A stretch of DNA of 64,000 bases from Deferribacterales bacterium (GCA_050251945.1 JBFWLW010000002.1:32001-96000); one strand, 5' to 3'. Shown: positions 9,169 to 19,221, numbered from the stretch's first letter. Notes: generated by a model not told the origin, from the sequence alone. Numbers and translations: made by a program.

Positions 9169-9265
9169 GTTTGCGGGGCGTACAAAGAAGGTCTGTCACC
9201 CCCACAAAAGATTAATCTTCTTTGTACTTAGGAGGAGTGTTCTGTCCTCCGCCCCGCTTTTTTTT
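9169..9265 (+). ncRNA. Candidate structured sRNA (three-way junction plus U tract)
   Basis: TGaTAAAAT at 9155-9163; stems GCGGGGCG/CGCCCCGC, GTACAAAGAAG/CTTCTTTGTAC, GGAGGA/TCCTCC; T8 tail. Confidence 0.5.
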
Positions 9266-9334
9266 ATTAATCAGTGGTTCATATAGTTGTTTTGTTGTAT
9301 ACTTGAGTATATGCCGAAATAGACGGGGTATACT

Positions 9335-11155
9335 TTGAAGGTGAAAAACAGAACTATCTACATGCTTGTGGGTATCATACTCATCATCACAGGTTTTTAC
9401 CTGTTCGACGAATGGTACCGCTATGAAAAGCATCTTCAGATCATCCGTCAGGAGCATATCTCCATTGTCACAAGATATTATGAGAACATACCAAAGCGCA
9501 CAACCGCAATTCTCAAGGCTTATGCAAACCTTATCGTAAACGATCATCACGTCATAGACGCGTACGCGGAAGGCAACAGAGAAGTTCTGAACGATCAGCT
9601 CAAACCCTATGTTGTTCTGCTTGAAAAATCATTTCCGGGTTCAGCCGTTGTGCTCACTTTCCATACAGCAGGCGGCAGAGTGTTTCTGAGAACCCTTGAC
9701 CCTAATAAATTCGGCGACAGAAGTACCGGCCACCGTCCGATGCTTAAAACAGTTCTTAAGACTGAAAAGCCCCTTTCAGGGCTGGAGGTCTGCACAAAAC
9801 TGCTGGGGCAAAGGTTTATGGCACCTGTAAAGCGCGGCGGTAAAGTCATTGGCGTTATGGAGGTCGGAGCGGATCTGAACTTCGTCGCACAAAGAGTAGC
9901 CGGCATCTCGAACATTAAAAGCGTGATAACAGTGAACAACGACGTCGCAAAGCTTCTGAACATGAAGACTGACGGACTTGATCAGACCGTTTATTTCAAC
10001 AACAGCAAGGTTCCTCTGGGACTGATGCTGGACGGTGAAAATCTGAAAGATTCGGTCAGCACACCGGACGGACGCTATGAAATAGTAAAAGGGTTTAAAC
10101 TTTACGACTATTCCGGAAAGAACGTCGGCAATTTCATATTCCTCTCAAAATCAGGCGGAATGGAAGAATGGATGCTGAACCATTTTTACAACGTGCTGAT
10201 AATCTGCACAGCGGGACTGATGCTAATCATTTATGTGGCGCGCAAAGGCTTTATAGATTCCATCGCGGAGCTTGAAAAAGAACATGAAACGGTGATGAAA
10301 CAGCTTAAAGATATCAACACCGGACTTGAGGACCGCATCCGCAAAGAGGTTGAAAACTGCCGCACAAAAGACCAGATAATTAATCAGCAGCAGAAGGTCG
10401 CGGATATGGGACTTATGCTCTCCGCCCTCGCCCACCACTGGCGGCAACCCATCAACGCAGTGGGTCTTTATGTGCAGGATCTGTCGGAAGCGTACAAAAG
10501 CGGCGAACTGAACACCCAGTATATCGAAGAATTCGAGAAGAAAAATATGAACCTGCTGAATAAACTCTCCGAATCCATCGACAAATACAGAACCTTCTTT
10601 GAACCCAGTGTGGAAAAGGAGAGCTTTGAGGTCATAGACATTCTGCGCGAGATAGGCGAAATCCTCAGCGCCACACTGGCAACACAGAATATTAAACTGA
10701 TGGTAAGCTGTAAATGCGCCCAGAAGGAATTCGATTGTATATTCCTTGAACGGATGCCGGAATGCGAATTCGGGAACACACGTATAACAGGGTTCCTGAA
10801 CGAGTTCAAGCAGACACTCCTGAATATAATATACAACTCTGTGGACGCCATACGCACAAGGTACGCGGAAGAGAACGAATCTCCCGACGGACTTATCATG
10901 ATAAATTTAGGCATAGAGGGTGAAATAATAAGGATAACCGTTACAGACAACGGAACGGGTATACCCGACGACGTTATAGACAAGATATTCAACCCATTCT
11001 TTACAACCAAGGAAGCGGGCAAAGGAACCGGCATCGGTCTTTACATGGCAAAGACCGTCATAGAAAAATATATGTGCGGCAGTTTGTCCGCAAGAAACAA
11101 CGGAAGGGGGGTCACCATGGAGATCACTCTGCACAAAAACGCCCACTGCTTGTAA
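9335..11155 (+). CDS. Orphan sensor histidine kinase, periplasmic Cache-like domain (start may be GTG 9341)
   Basis: Two TMs, H-box [12 protein letters not shown]-box [29 protein letters not shown]. Confidence 0.85.
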   Translation: MKVKNRTIYMLVGIILIITGFYLFDEWYRYEKHLQIIRQEHISIVTRYYENIPKRTTAILKAYANLIVNDHHVIDAYAEGNREVLNDQLKPYVVLLEKSFPGSAVVLTFHTAGGRVFLRTLDPNKFGDRSTGHRPMLKTVLKTEKPLSGLEVCTKLLGQRFMAPVKRGGKVIGVMEVGADLNFVAQRVAGISNIKSVITVNNDVAKLLNMKTDGLDQTVYFNNSKVPLGLMLDGENLKDSVSTPDGRYEIVKGFKLYDYSGKNVGNFIFLSKSGGMEEWMLNHFYNVLIICTAGLMLIIYVARKGFIDSIAELEKEHETVMKQLKDINTGLEDRIRKEVENCRTKDQIINQQQKVADMGLMLSALAHHWRQPINAVGLYVQDLSEAYKSGELNTQYIEEFEKKNMNLLNKLSESIDKYRTFFEPSVEKESFEVIDILREIGEILSATLATQNIKLMVSCKCAQKEFDCIFLERMPECEFGNTRITGFLNEFKQTLLNIIYNSVDAIRTRYAEENESPDGLIMINLGIEGEIIRITVTDNGTGIPDDVIDKIFNPFFTTKEAGKGTGIGLYMAKTVIEKYMCGSLSARNNGRGVTMEITLHKNAHCL

Positions 11156-11239
11156 TTTTTCGGTCAGAATATTAAAAAAACCTTTTCTTATTTCAAAATC
11201 TGTTGAATACTGGCAGGTTCAAATTTTTTCAGGTGTAAA

Positions 11240-13069
11240 ATGTCAAAACAAAGAAACGAGAAGCTAAGAAATATAGCTATCATTGCTCACGTTGACCACG
11301 GCAAAACGACGCTGGTCGACACACTGTTCAAACAAAGCGGACTTTTCCGCGAGGAACAGCAGGTTGAAGACAGGCTCATGGACAGCATGGACCTCGAGCG
11401 CGAAAGAGGTATCACCATCTCCGCAAAAAACTGCGCAGTGCGCTGGGGCGACGTTAAGATAAATATCCTCGACACCCCCGGTCACGCCGATTTCGGCGGC
11501 GAAGTTGAGCGTGCACTCTCTATGGTTGACGGTGCGATACTCCTTGTGGACGCTTCCGAAGGTCCCCTGCCCCAGACAAGATTCGTCCTCGGAAAAGCTT
11601 TTGAGGCGGGACTTAAAATTATCGTGGTGGTGAACAAGATCGACCGTCAGGATGCAAGACCGAACGAAGTTCTGAACGAGGTATACGACCTGTTCATCGA
11701 TCTGGGCGCTGATGATGAGCAGATAGAATTCCCCGTTTACTATGCCATAGGACGCGAAGGTATCTGCCAGAAAACCCTTGAAGAGCGCGGAACAGACATG
11801 AAACCGCTGTTTGAGGCTATCGTTAACGAGATACCCGCTCCCGAATTCGACGACGAGGAACCTTTCCAGATGCTCGTCAGCGACCTCGGCTATTCCGACT
11901 ACCTCGGAAGGCTTGCCGTCGGTAAGGTTATCAACGGCTCTGCTAAGGCGAACGAATCCCTTGTCCGCATAGGCGCTGAGAACACAGCATCTCTGCGTGT
12001 AAGCAAACTTCAGATATACGAAGGTCTCGGTACGAAAGAAGTGGACTTTGCCGAACCCGGCGAAATAGTCGTTCTCTCCGGTATCGAGGACATCGCAATA
12101 GGCGACACCATCTGTACGAAAGAATCACCCAAGGCGCTGCCCAGAATCACCGTGGACGAACCCACAGTGTCCATGAAGTTCAGCCCCAACACAGGTCCCC
12201 TTGCAGGGCGTGAGGGCAAGCTGGTGCAGTCTAACAGGATAAAAGAGAGACTTATTAAGGAAACACTTAAAAACGTCGCTATTAAAGTTGAAGAAAGCCC
12301 CGACAAAGAGAGCTATATCGTCAAGGGACGCGGCGAATTCCAGATGGCTATTCTTCTTGAAACCATGCGCCGCGAAGGTTTTGAAGTATGCGTCGGCAGA
12401 CCCGAAGTTATCTGCAAAACCATAGACGGCGAACTCTGCGAACCCATCGAACACCTCTTCATCGACTGCGAAGAGATTTTCGTCGGAGTTATAACCGAAA
12501 AACTCTCCATCCGCAAAGGACGTATGATAAACCTTATTAACAACGGAACCGGAAGAGCAAGAATAGAATTCTCAATCCCCAGCCGCGGACTTATCGGATA
12601 CCGTGACGAATTCCTTTCCGACACCAAAGGCACAGGAATCATGAACTCGCTCCTGCTTGGATACGAACCCCACAGAGGAGACATACCCAGCAGATTCACA
12701 GGCTCTATAGTTGCCGACCGCGCGGGTAAAGGCGTTGCTTACGGTCTTTTCCACCTCGAACCAAGAGGCACCCTGTTCATAGTTGCCGGTGACGTGGTTT
12801 ATGAAGGTATGATCATCGGTGAATACAACAAGGATAACGACCTGAACGCCAACCCCTGCAAAGAGAAAAAACTTACAAACATGAGAGCATCAGGAAAGGA
12901 CGAGGCTATCATCCTTACCCCTGTCCCCCCTTTGACGCTCGAAAAAGCGATACATTTCCTCGCTGACGACGAGATGGTTGAGGTTACGCCGAAATCCATC
13001 AGACTTCGCAAAAAGATACTTTCCGCGCAGGAAAGACACACAGCCAGAGGAAAATCTCTCGGTAAATAA
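11240..13069 (+). CDS. typA: Translational GTPase TypA/BipA
   Basis: [63 protein letters not shown]. Confidence 0.97.
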   Translation: MSKQRNEKLRNIAIIAHVDHGKTTLVDTLFKQSGLFREEQQVEDRLMDSMDLERERGITISAKNCAVRWGDVKINILDTPGHADFGGEVERALSMVDGAILLVDASEGPLPQTRFVLGKAFEAGLKIIVVVNKIDRQDARPNEVLNEVYDLFIDLGADDEQIEFPVYYAIGREGICQKTLEERGTDMKPLFEAIVNEIPAPEFDDEEPFQMLVSDLGYSDYLGRLAVGKVINGSAKANESLVRIGAENTASLRVSKLQIYEGLGTKEVDFAEPGEIVVLSGIEDIAIGDTICTKESPKALPRITVDEPTVSMKFSPNTGPLAGREGKLVQSNRIKERLIKETLKNVAIKVEESPDKESYIVKGRGEFQMAILLETMRREGFEVCVGRPEVICKTIDGELCEPIEHLFIDCEEIFVGVITEKLSIRKGRMINLINNGTGRARIEFSIPSRGLIGYRDEFLSDTKGTGIMNSLLLGYEPHRGDIPSRFTGSIVADRAGKGVAYGLFHLEPRGTLFIVAGDVVYEGMIIGEYNKDNDLNANPCKEKKLTNMRASGKDEAIILTPVPPLTLEKAIHFLADDEMVEVTPKSIRLRKKILSAQERHTARGKSLGK

Positions 13070-13075
13070 CATAAA

Positions 13076-13435
13076 GGCGGTCAATTGACCGCCGCAGACT
13101 GATGATAAATTGGATTTTACGCTCCTCTCTCCCCCTTTAGAAAAGGGGGATTAAGGGGGATTTTGATTAAATATCAATCAAATCCACCCCGACCCTCCTT
13201 TTGCTAAAGGAGGGAGAAAAATGAAAATTATGACTTAGTCAACAACCAAAGGCGGTCAATTGACCGCCTTTGGTTGTTGACAAACTAAAGATTTATATAA
13301 AACGATTAGACTGCTTCGGTCTAAAGCCCTCGCAGAGATAGGTTTTTCTTTCCGTCTTCGCGAGAAGCACAGCGACGACGCGATCTGGTCTTTTCTCTTC
13401 TTTGTCATCAGTCTGAGGCGGTCAAGCGACCGCCT
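13076..13435. mobile_element. Two MITE-like elements tail-to-tail (13095-13247 with REP family 2 cargo; 13272-13415 with REP family 1 cargo) between three copies of a terminator hairpin
   Basis: GGCGGTCAATTGACCGCC at 13076 and 13251, GGCGGTCAAGCGACCGCC at 13417; ends CAGACTGATGATAAA..TTAGTCAACAACC and GGTTGTTGACAAA..TTTGTCATCAGTCTG; 44-bp perfect palindrome 13238-13281. Confidence 0.75.
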
Positions 13436-13450
13436 TTTTTTAATCACTTT

Positions 13451-14989
13451 TTAATCGTGTCCGCAGGGAAGGAAGCGGAAAACAAAACATTTTCCGTTGG
13501 TGTCGTCGAAGAACAGGTCTCCGCCGTCGAAATTAGGCGCGAGATTCTGTGCGGTGAAAAGCCCTATTCCTTTGCCGGCTCCGCAGCCCTTGGTTGAAAA
13601 ATACGGCTCGAACAGCCTGGCTTTCACATCAAAGTCAATGGGCATACCGTTGTCGCATATCTCTATCTGGGCATACTCGCCTTTTTTCACAAACCGGACA
13701 GTGATGAGTTTCTCTTCGCCATGTGGTTTCTCAATAAGGCAGTCGTATGAATTTTTCAGCAGTATCAGTAAAATCTGTTTGAACATGGATTCTTCGCCGT
13801 AAACGTAGACGTGGCTGAATCCGCATACGTCGTCGCAAAAGAACCGCCCGCGTCCGCAGGAGTGGAACAGATTTTCCTCTTCGGTCATCTGTATATCCTC
13901 GTGATCCCCGCCCATGGTGCAGACGACATAGACCTCTATACCCACGGACTCAAACTCCGGACGGAGCAGTTTCAAAGTGTCGAACGCCATCTCCTTGACA
14001 TCCATCCTGACCTTATTCTCCGCTTTCACAGCGGATGTGAAAAGGTCGATGGTCTCGCTCATCTCGCGCACTATTCTGATGGCATGAACTGCCGCATCTT
14101 CCTCTTCCTTTCTGGTGTTTGCCACCTGAATGGTCTGTATCAGAAGTCCTATGTTGTTAAGAGGCTGCCGCCAATGGTGGGCTACCATACGAAGTATCTC
14201 GTTTATAGATGAGCTGCGGGTTTTGTGTATAAGCGCCGCCTCGCTCATCTCCCTGCGCTGCATCTCGATTTCAAGTTCGGCTATATTTTTAAGTTTTTCA
14301 TGCCATGCCTTTTTCAGTTCACGGCTGGAAAGCACAATGAGCCTTATGACCAAAGCCGTCACCAGCAGATAAGCCAATATTGTCAGAAGTGTAAAGCCGA
14401 GTTGTCTGTTGTGTTCTCCGGCAACCGGAAAACTCACGCTTATGGCACCGCGTATATCTCCGATTTTGTAATTGGCGTATTCATGACATTTCAGGCAGCT
14501 GCTGTTTATCAAAAGCGGACTCATGTACTCGAAACGGATGTTATGGAAATTAGTATATTCCAGTCCGGAATACTCCTTATCACCTGCACGGATGGCTTTG
14601 AATCCCCGCCTTTCCCATTCGGCGGGAGCGTTCAGGGGATTAATCGGTTTGTCGCTTATCAGTCTGAAATTCATACCCGTAGCAACGTTGAGTTCTTTAG
14701 ACGACATACGCATCATATATGCGGGATTTATCCTTGTGAGACTAAGTCCCTCATCGGTGCGCTCTTTGTTTGTGTCTGAATGATCCTTTATACCGGAAAT
14801 GTTTTCTGAAGGAGCATAGATGGTGCCGACCTCTGCGCTCCAATAGCCGAATGCACGGTTGACATCGGCGATATCCCTTGCTTTATTAAGAACGCTGGTG
14901 CGAAAATTGGAATAACCTTGATACAATTCATAGCAGGAAAGGAGCACAAAGAAAACTAACGTTATGATTACAAAAGGATATTTATTCAT
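13451..14989 (-). CDS. Orphan sensor histidine kinase with periplasmic c-type heme (DUF3365-like) domain
   Basis: TRINPAYMMR, SDKPINPLNAPAEWE, CLKCH heme motif, YKIGDIRGAISV; H-box VAHHWRQPLN; LFEPYFSTK, GKGIGL. Confidence 0.85.
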   Translation of the reverse strand: MNKYPFVIITLVFFVLLSCYELYQGYSNFRTSVLNKARDIADVNRAFGYWSAEVGTIYAPSENISGIKDHSDTNKERTDEGLSLTRINPAYMMRMSSKELNVATGMNFRLISDKPINPLNAPAEWERRGFKAIRAGDKEYSGLEYTNFHNIRFEYMSPLLINSSCLKCHEYANYKIGDIRGAISVSFPVAGEHNRQLGFTLLTILAYLLVTALVIRLIVLSSRELKKAWHEKLKNIAELEIEMQRREMSEAALIHKTRSSSINEILRMVAHHWRQPLNNIGLLIQTIQVANTRKEEEDAAVHAIRIVREMSETIDLFTSAVKAENKVRMDVKEMAFDTLKLLRPEFESVGIEVYVVCTMGGDHEDIQMTEEENLFHSCGRGRFFCDDVCGFSHVYVYGEESMFKQILLILLKNSYDCLIEKPHGEEKLITVRFVKKGEYAQIEICDNGMPIDFDVKARLFEPYFSTKGCGAGKGIGLFTAQNLAPNFDGGDLFFDDTNGKCFVFRFLPCGHD

Positions 14990-15084
14990 CTGCGATGGTT
15001 CCGCTTCCCTTTAAAACGGGACTCTTACGCCCCATTGCTGACATTAATTAATAATATTAGAATCTATGGTCTAAAGCAACACGC

Positions 15085-15124
15085 ATTTTGAACAAAGTTT
15101 TCCATATTTTGAACGAATTTTCTC
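15085..15124. promoter_or_regulatory. Direct repeat, 21-bp period, between divergent genes (candidate TF site)
   Basis: ATTTTGAACAAAGTTTTCC / ATTTTGAACGAATTTTCTC. Confidence 0.4.
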
Positions 15125-15239
15125 CTTATCCATAGTATAAACATAATTGTTTCAAATCATGCACACAACCTGAGACTATATTATATCATGTCGCAGACCC
15201 GTTCTCTCGCTGCTCCTATCTAGACAATGGAGGGATAGA

Positions 15240-15851
15240 ATGAGTATCAGCAGCATAAACAGCCAGAGTTCCGCCCTTTACAGCTATGCCCAGAGCAAGC
15301 TCTCTTCGGCAAAACAGCAGGAAAACGGCGCGGAATCTTTCTTCAGCAAGGTTGACACAAGTCAGGACGGGACAGTAGACAAGAGTGAACTCCTTGCACT
15401 GGTAGACGACATTACGTCCAAAACAGGACAGGATGTGGACACAGAGTCCCTTTTCAGCGAGTATGACACGGACGGTGACGGAAGTTTCAGCGATGATGAA
15501 CTCCAAAGCCTTATGCAGTCGGAAGACCTAAAGCCGAAAGGCGCACCCATGGGACCTCCTCCGGCGCAAGAGGATGAGGACGAAAACAGCGACTACAGCT
15601 CTGAGAGCATTATAAGTCTGCTGACTTCCATACAGAACAGCCTCTCGGCTCTGCTTTCAGCAGAAGATACCGAAAGCTCGTCCGATTCGTACTTTGACAG
15701 CAGCAGTGACTCCGGTACAACAGATTACCTTAGTATGCTCCAGTCGCTTCAATCCGACGATTCGGATGAGACAACAGAAACCGCATACTACCAAAGCACA
15801 ATTGATAAACTCCTTCAGGGATTGTATTCACAGAATTCCTTTGAGGCGTAA
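15240..15851 (+). CDS. EF-hand-pair protein with acidic Ser/Asp-rich low-complexity tail
   Basis: DTSQDGTVDKSE and DTDGDGSFSDDE loops; GAPMGPPP linker; GGAGG SD. Confidence 0.75.
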   Translation: MSISSINSQSSALYSYAQSKLSSAKQQENGAESFFSKVDTSQDGTVDKSELLALVDDITSKTGQDVDTESLFSEYDTDGDGSFSDDELQSLMQSEDLKPKGAPMGPPPAQEDEDENSDYSSESIISLLTSIQNSLSALLSAEDTESSSDSYFDSSSDSGTTDYLSMLQSLQSDDSDETTETAYYQSTIDKLLQGLYSQNSFEA

Positions 15852-15897
15852 TAACTGAGAAACAGCAGGGAGAATGGTCTGAGACGTTACACAAATG

Positions 15898-15923
15898 AAA
15901 AAGCGGCTCTTCAGCCGCTTTTT
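15898..15923. terminator. Bidirectional intrinsic terminator
   Basis: AAAAAGCGGCT-CTTC-AGCCGCTTTTT. Confidence 0.8.
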
Positions 15924-15985
15924 CTAAGGCGTGCAAGGAGTACTTTTTAAAGGAGGTTATAAAAGGTATCGTTACCTTTTTCCTT
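15898..15985 (-). ncRNA. Candidate anti-SD sRNA (~88 nt) divergent from BaeS-like kinase
   Basis: Minus strand TGtTATCCT -10; 5' hairpin AAAAGGTA/TACCTTTT; single-stranded AUAACCUCCUUU..ACUCCUUG; ends in terminator. Confidence 0.5.
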
Positions 15986-16007
15986 TCAAAAAGGATAACA
16001 CAAGATT

Positions 16008-16034
16008 ATGGATAAAATATGAAGAAAATGTGTA
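16008..16034 (-). promoter_or_regulatory. Tandem 11-bp repeats, OmpR/BaeR-type box
   Basis: Plus strand ATGGATAAAAT-ATGAAGAAAAT-GTGTA (minus strand TTTTCTTCAT-ATTTTATCCAT). Confidence 0.5.
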
Positions 16035-16104
16035 TTTGAACGTCCGTTTATATTTTTTTATTGGATTTTGCTGATCCGCAGAGCTATCTTATATCAGGTG
16101 ATAC

Positions 16105-17574
16105 ATGAAAATAAGGCTTTTCTATAAAATATTCGCTTTAACTCTGGTTACAGTAGTCGTAAGTATGTCCATCATGATACTCATGGTGGGTTATTTCGGC
16201 TATTTTAATTTCAGAGAGTATCTCATTAAGTCAAAAATACAGGAATTATCGTGGCTTACTGATAAACTGGGTGAATATTACGAAACCCACGGCAGCTTCG
16301 ACGAAATTAAGCAGGTAATGGAAAACCCTGGCAGGGCAATGACCTTCGCTCCACCGCCTCCGCCTCCCCCAGGTTTTGATGATAAAGGTCACAAAAATAC
16401 ACCTGGCGATGATATAGAGATGCTGAAAAAGATCTTTCTCACAAAAGACAATAAGCTCAACGTGGCGTCTTTCATCCATTTCAGACCCTTCCTGACAATG
16501 CTGGACGTGAATAAGAAGGTAATTGTCGGTAAAGAATATAGCAGAAATAAAGATGAGTTCGTTTTGATGTCCATCGAAGCACATGAAAAAACCGTAGGTT
16601 ATTTGGGTGTAAGGAAACCGCCGCAGGTTACACACCCCCTTGCTATCGGTTTTTTGCGTCAGCAGCTCAGTATGATGCTTTTCTGCGCGCTTATCATAAT
16701 AGTTCTGACAGGCTTTCTCTCATGGCTTTTTGCTAAAAGGCTGCTGGCACCGGTACCTATGCTGATAAACGCAACACGGAAGCTGGCTTCAAGAGATTTT
16801 ACGGTGGATATTCAGCAGATGTCCAACGACGAACTTGGCGACCTTGCGCTGAATTTCCGCAAAATGGCAAATAATCTCAGCATGTACGAGAAAAAACAGA
16901 ACCGCTGGATATCCGACATATCGCACGAATTGCGTACACCGCTGTCTGTTCTTCTGGGTAATATTGAGGCGATGCAGGACGGCGTAAGAAATACTGACAC
17001 TGAAACACTGAACATTCTTCACAGTGAAGTGTCAAGGTTAATAAAGTTGGTAAATGAACTCCATGAGATAACCATGGCGGAATCCGACAATATGCAGTTC
17101 AACTTCGTTCCAATCAATGTACGTCAGATAGTTGAGGATACTGTAGACCTTTATAAAAGCCGCGCGGAAGAGTTCGGTTTTCAGCTGCGGACAATGATAA
17201 AGTGCAGCGGCAAGCTTATACGCGCCGATGTTTCGAGACTCAGGCAGGTTCTTATAAACATTATGGAGAACTCTTTGAAACACGGTAAAAGTCCGGGCAT
17301 AATCTTCATTTCCTGTGTCGAAAATGAAAACGGCGTAGGGATAACCATTGAAGACACAGGTCCGGGGGTTTCAGAAGGGCAGCTTTGCATGCTTTTCGAC
17401 AGGCTCTACCGCTCCGACACTTCAAGAAACAGACAGACAGGAGGCAGCGGGCTTGGGCTTGCCATATGCAAATATATTATTGAAAAACACAGAGGCACCA
17501 TACAGGCCGTAAGCGGCAGCATGGGCGGTCTCAGAATTGAAATAAATCTCCCCGAAGAGGATAAACATGAATAA
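16105..17574 (+). CDS. BaeS-like HAMP sensor histidine kinase
   Basis: 2 TMs, poly-Pro periplasmic segment, HAMP (SNDELGDLA), DISHELRTPL, LFDRLYRSDTSRNRQTGGSGLGL. Confidence 0.9.
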   Translation: MKIRLFYKIFALTLVTVVVSMSIMILMVGYFGYFNFREYLIKSKIQELSWLTDKLGEYYETHGSFDEIKQVMENPGRAMTFAPPPPPPPGFDDKGHKNTPGDDIEMLKKIFLTKDNKLNVASFIHFRPFLTMLDVNKKVIVGKEYSRNKDEFVLMSIEAHEKTVGYLGVRKPPQVTHPLAIGFLRQQLSMMLFCALIIIVLTGFLSWLFAKRLLAPVPMLINATRKLASRDFTVDIQQMSNDELGDLALNFRKMANNLSMYEKKQNRWISDISHELRTPLSVLLGNIEAMQDGVRNTDTETLNILHSEVSRLIKLVNELHEITMAESDNMQFNFVPINVRQIVEDTVDLYKSRAEEFGFQLRTMIKCSGKLIRADVSRLRQVLINIMENSLKHGKSPGIIFISCVENENGVGITIEDTGPGVSEGQLCMLFDRLYRSDTSRNRQTGGSGLGLAICKYIIEKHRGTIQAVSGSMGGLRIEINLPEEDKHE

Positions 17575-18247
17575 GAAAGTGCTTATTATTGAAGACGAAT
17601 CTCAGATAGCATCTATCCTGCAGGACTACTTTCAACAATCCGGATTCGAGGTGCATACTCTGGATTCCGGTGCAAAGGCGGTGGACACAATAAAAAGGCT
17701 GGTGCCGGACGCCGTTATTCTTGACCTTATGCTGCCGGACACGGACGGGTTGGAAATTTGCAGACAGGTTCGCAAATTTTCAAACGTACCGATGCTCATA
17801 GCAACGGCAAAGGTTGAGGAAATTGACAGGCTGATCGGTCTGGAGCTGGGCGCAGACGACTACATCTGCAAGCCCTACAGCCCCAGAGAGGTCGTTGCAA
17901 GAGTGAAAGCAGTTCTTCGCAGGCTCACCCCGGAAGCAGCGGAAGATGTTCTTACGGCGGGTCCTGTGGTCATACAGCCGTCAAAATATCAGGTGACTGT
18001 CAACGGCAATGATCTGACGCTCACCAGAAGCGAATTTGAACTCCTTTACATCATGGCGAAACAGCCCGGCAGAGTTTTTTCCAGAACGGACCTGATAGCC
18101 AACGTTCACGGTTATGAATTTGAAGGCTATGAGCGCACTATCGACAGCCACGTTAAAAACCTGCGCAAAAAAATATCCGCAGTGCTTAACGACAAGGACG
18201 TGATACAGACCGTCTACGGAGTCGGCTACAAATTTGAAACCATATAA
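17567..18247 (+). CDS. BaeR-like OmpR-family response regulator
   Basis: ILDLMLP, GLELGADDYICKPYSPREVVARV, RTIDSHVKNLRKK, VYGVGY. Confidence 0.92.
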   Translation: MNKKVLIIEDESQIASILQDYFQQSGFEVHTLDSGAKAVDTIKRLVPDAVILDLMLPDTDGLEICRQVRKFSNVPMLIATAKVEEIDRLIGLELGADDYICKPYSPREVVARVKAVLRRLTPEAAEDVLTAGPVVIQPSKYQVTVNGNDLTLTRSEFELLYIMAKQPGRVFSRTDLIANVHGYEFEGYERTIDSHVKNLRKKISAVLNDKDVIQTVYGVGYKFETI

Positions 18248-18259
18248 GTTGTTCTTTGA

Positions 18260-18532
18260 AAGGCTCTGCTCATAACAGAGCCTTCAGACAGATAACAAAG
18301 GTTTATAAAGACGAGATTGCTTCGCTTTATTCGACAAATAGTTTAAAGTGGACTCATTCAGCCTTCGGCTAGTGCTCGCAAAGACGAAAAGAAAAAAACC
18401 GTCTCTGCGAGGAGCAGGCGACACCAGCCGCAGGCTGAACGAGCCGCTTGCCGTGAGCTAAAGCAGTCTCATTGGGTTTCATCAAAATTGAGTTTGTCAA
18501 CAACCTGAAGGCTCTGCTCATAACAGAGCCTT
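18260..18532. mobile_element. MITE-like element (18285-18507) with exact 25-bp duplication of a terminator hairpin
   Basis: AAGGCTCTGCTCATAACAGAGCCTT at 18260-18284 and 18508-18532; ends CAGACAGATAACAAA..TTTGTCAACAACCTG; expanded REP family 1 cargo. Confidence 0.8.
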
Positions 18533-18553
18533 TTTTCTGTTACCCTGAATTTT

Positions 18554-18623
18554 ATTTAGGTACCTAAATTTATCTATTGACTTTGATCATCTCTCCCCTT
18601 ATTTTTTATTAAGGTACCTAAAC
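18554..18623 (+). promoter_or_regulatory. Two palindromic operators flanking a sigma70-like promoter (probable MarR autoregulation)
   Basis: Perfect ATTTAGGTACCTAAAT (18554-18569), ATTAAGGTACCTAAAC (18608-18623); TTGACT-N17-TATTTT between. Confidence 0.65.
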
Positions 18624-18642
18624 TAAATCACGAGGTAAAATA

Positions 18643-19221
18643 GTGAATAAAAATTCTGGCAAAATACTTTCAGGTTTCATCCGTCTTTCAAGGCTGGTAC
18701 ACAGAGAAAGCCACAAACACGCACACGAGATGCACGATCACAGAATGCATCACGGGCAGGGACATCTGCTTTCGCTCATAGCAGAAAACAGCGGAGCGAA
18801 ACAGTCCGAACTCGCTGAAATACTTGATATGCGTCCGTCATCTATGACAGAAATGCTTCTTAAACTTGAACAATCTGAACTTATTGAACGAAAGCAGGAC
18901 GAAAAGGATCAGCGCGTTATGCGAGTCTGTCTGACAGAGAAGGGTGAAAAAGCCCTCAAGGCATCAAAAGCGGCAATAGTTGAAATGTCGGACGCTGTTT
19001 TCGGTTCGCTCACAGAAGAGGAACAGGCACAGTTTCTCATGCTGATGGACAAACTTACTGCAAATCTTGAAGATAAGGTCGGTAATCTTAATTCTGAGGA
19101 TCATATCGGACATCACCATGGAGGTCGCTGCGGACACAGAAATCATGCCATGCATCAGGCAGGGGAAAACGGTATGGGAATTCTCCACAGACAATGCAGA
19201 AGGGAAAGGGAAAAAGAATGA
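18643..19221 (+). CDS. MarR-family regulator with His-rich N- and C-terminal segments
   Basis: QSELAEILDMRPSSMTEMLLKLE..IERKQDEKDQR..LTEKG winged helix; HKHAHEMHDHRMHH and HHHGGRCGHRNH. Confidence 0.85.
   Translation: MNKNSGKILSGFIRLSRLVHRESHKHAHEMHDHRMHHGQGHLLSLIAENSGAKQSELAEILDMRPSSMTEMLLKLEQSELIERKQDEKDQRVMRVCLTEKGEKALKASKAAIVEMSDAVFGSLTEEEQAQFLMLMDKLTANLEDKVGNLNSEDHIGHHHGGRCGHRNHAMHQAGENGMGILHRQCRREREKE

Noticed and set aside
9212..9550. 112-aa minus-strand ORF
   Set aside because: Overlaps the kinase antisense and the structured intergenic element
13076..13435. Repeated GGCGGTCAA..GACCGCC units as a CRISPR array
   Set aside because: Three copies about 165-175 bp apart, intervening DNA is itself repetitive, no cas genes
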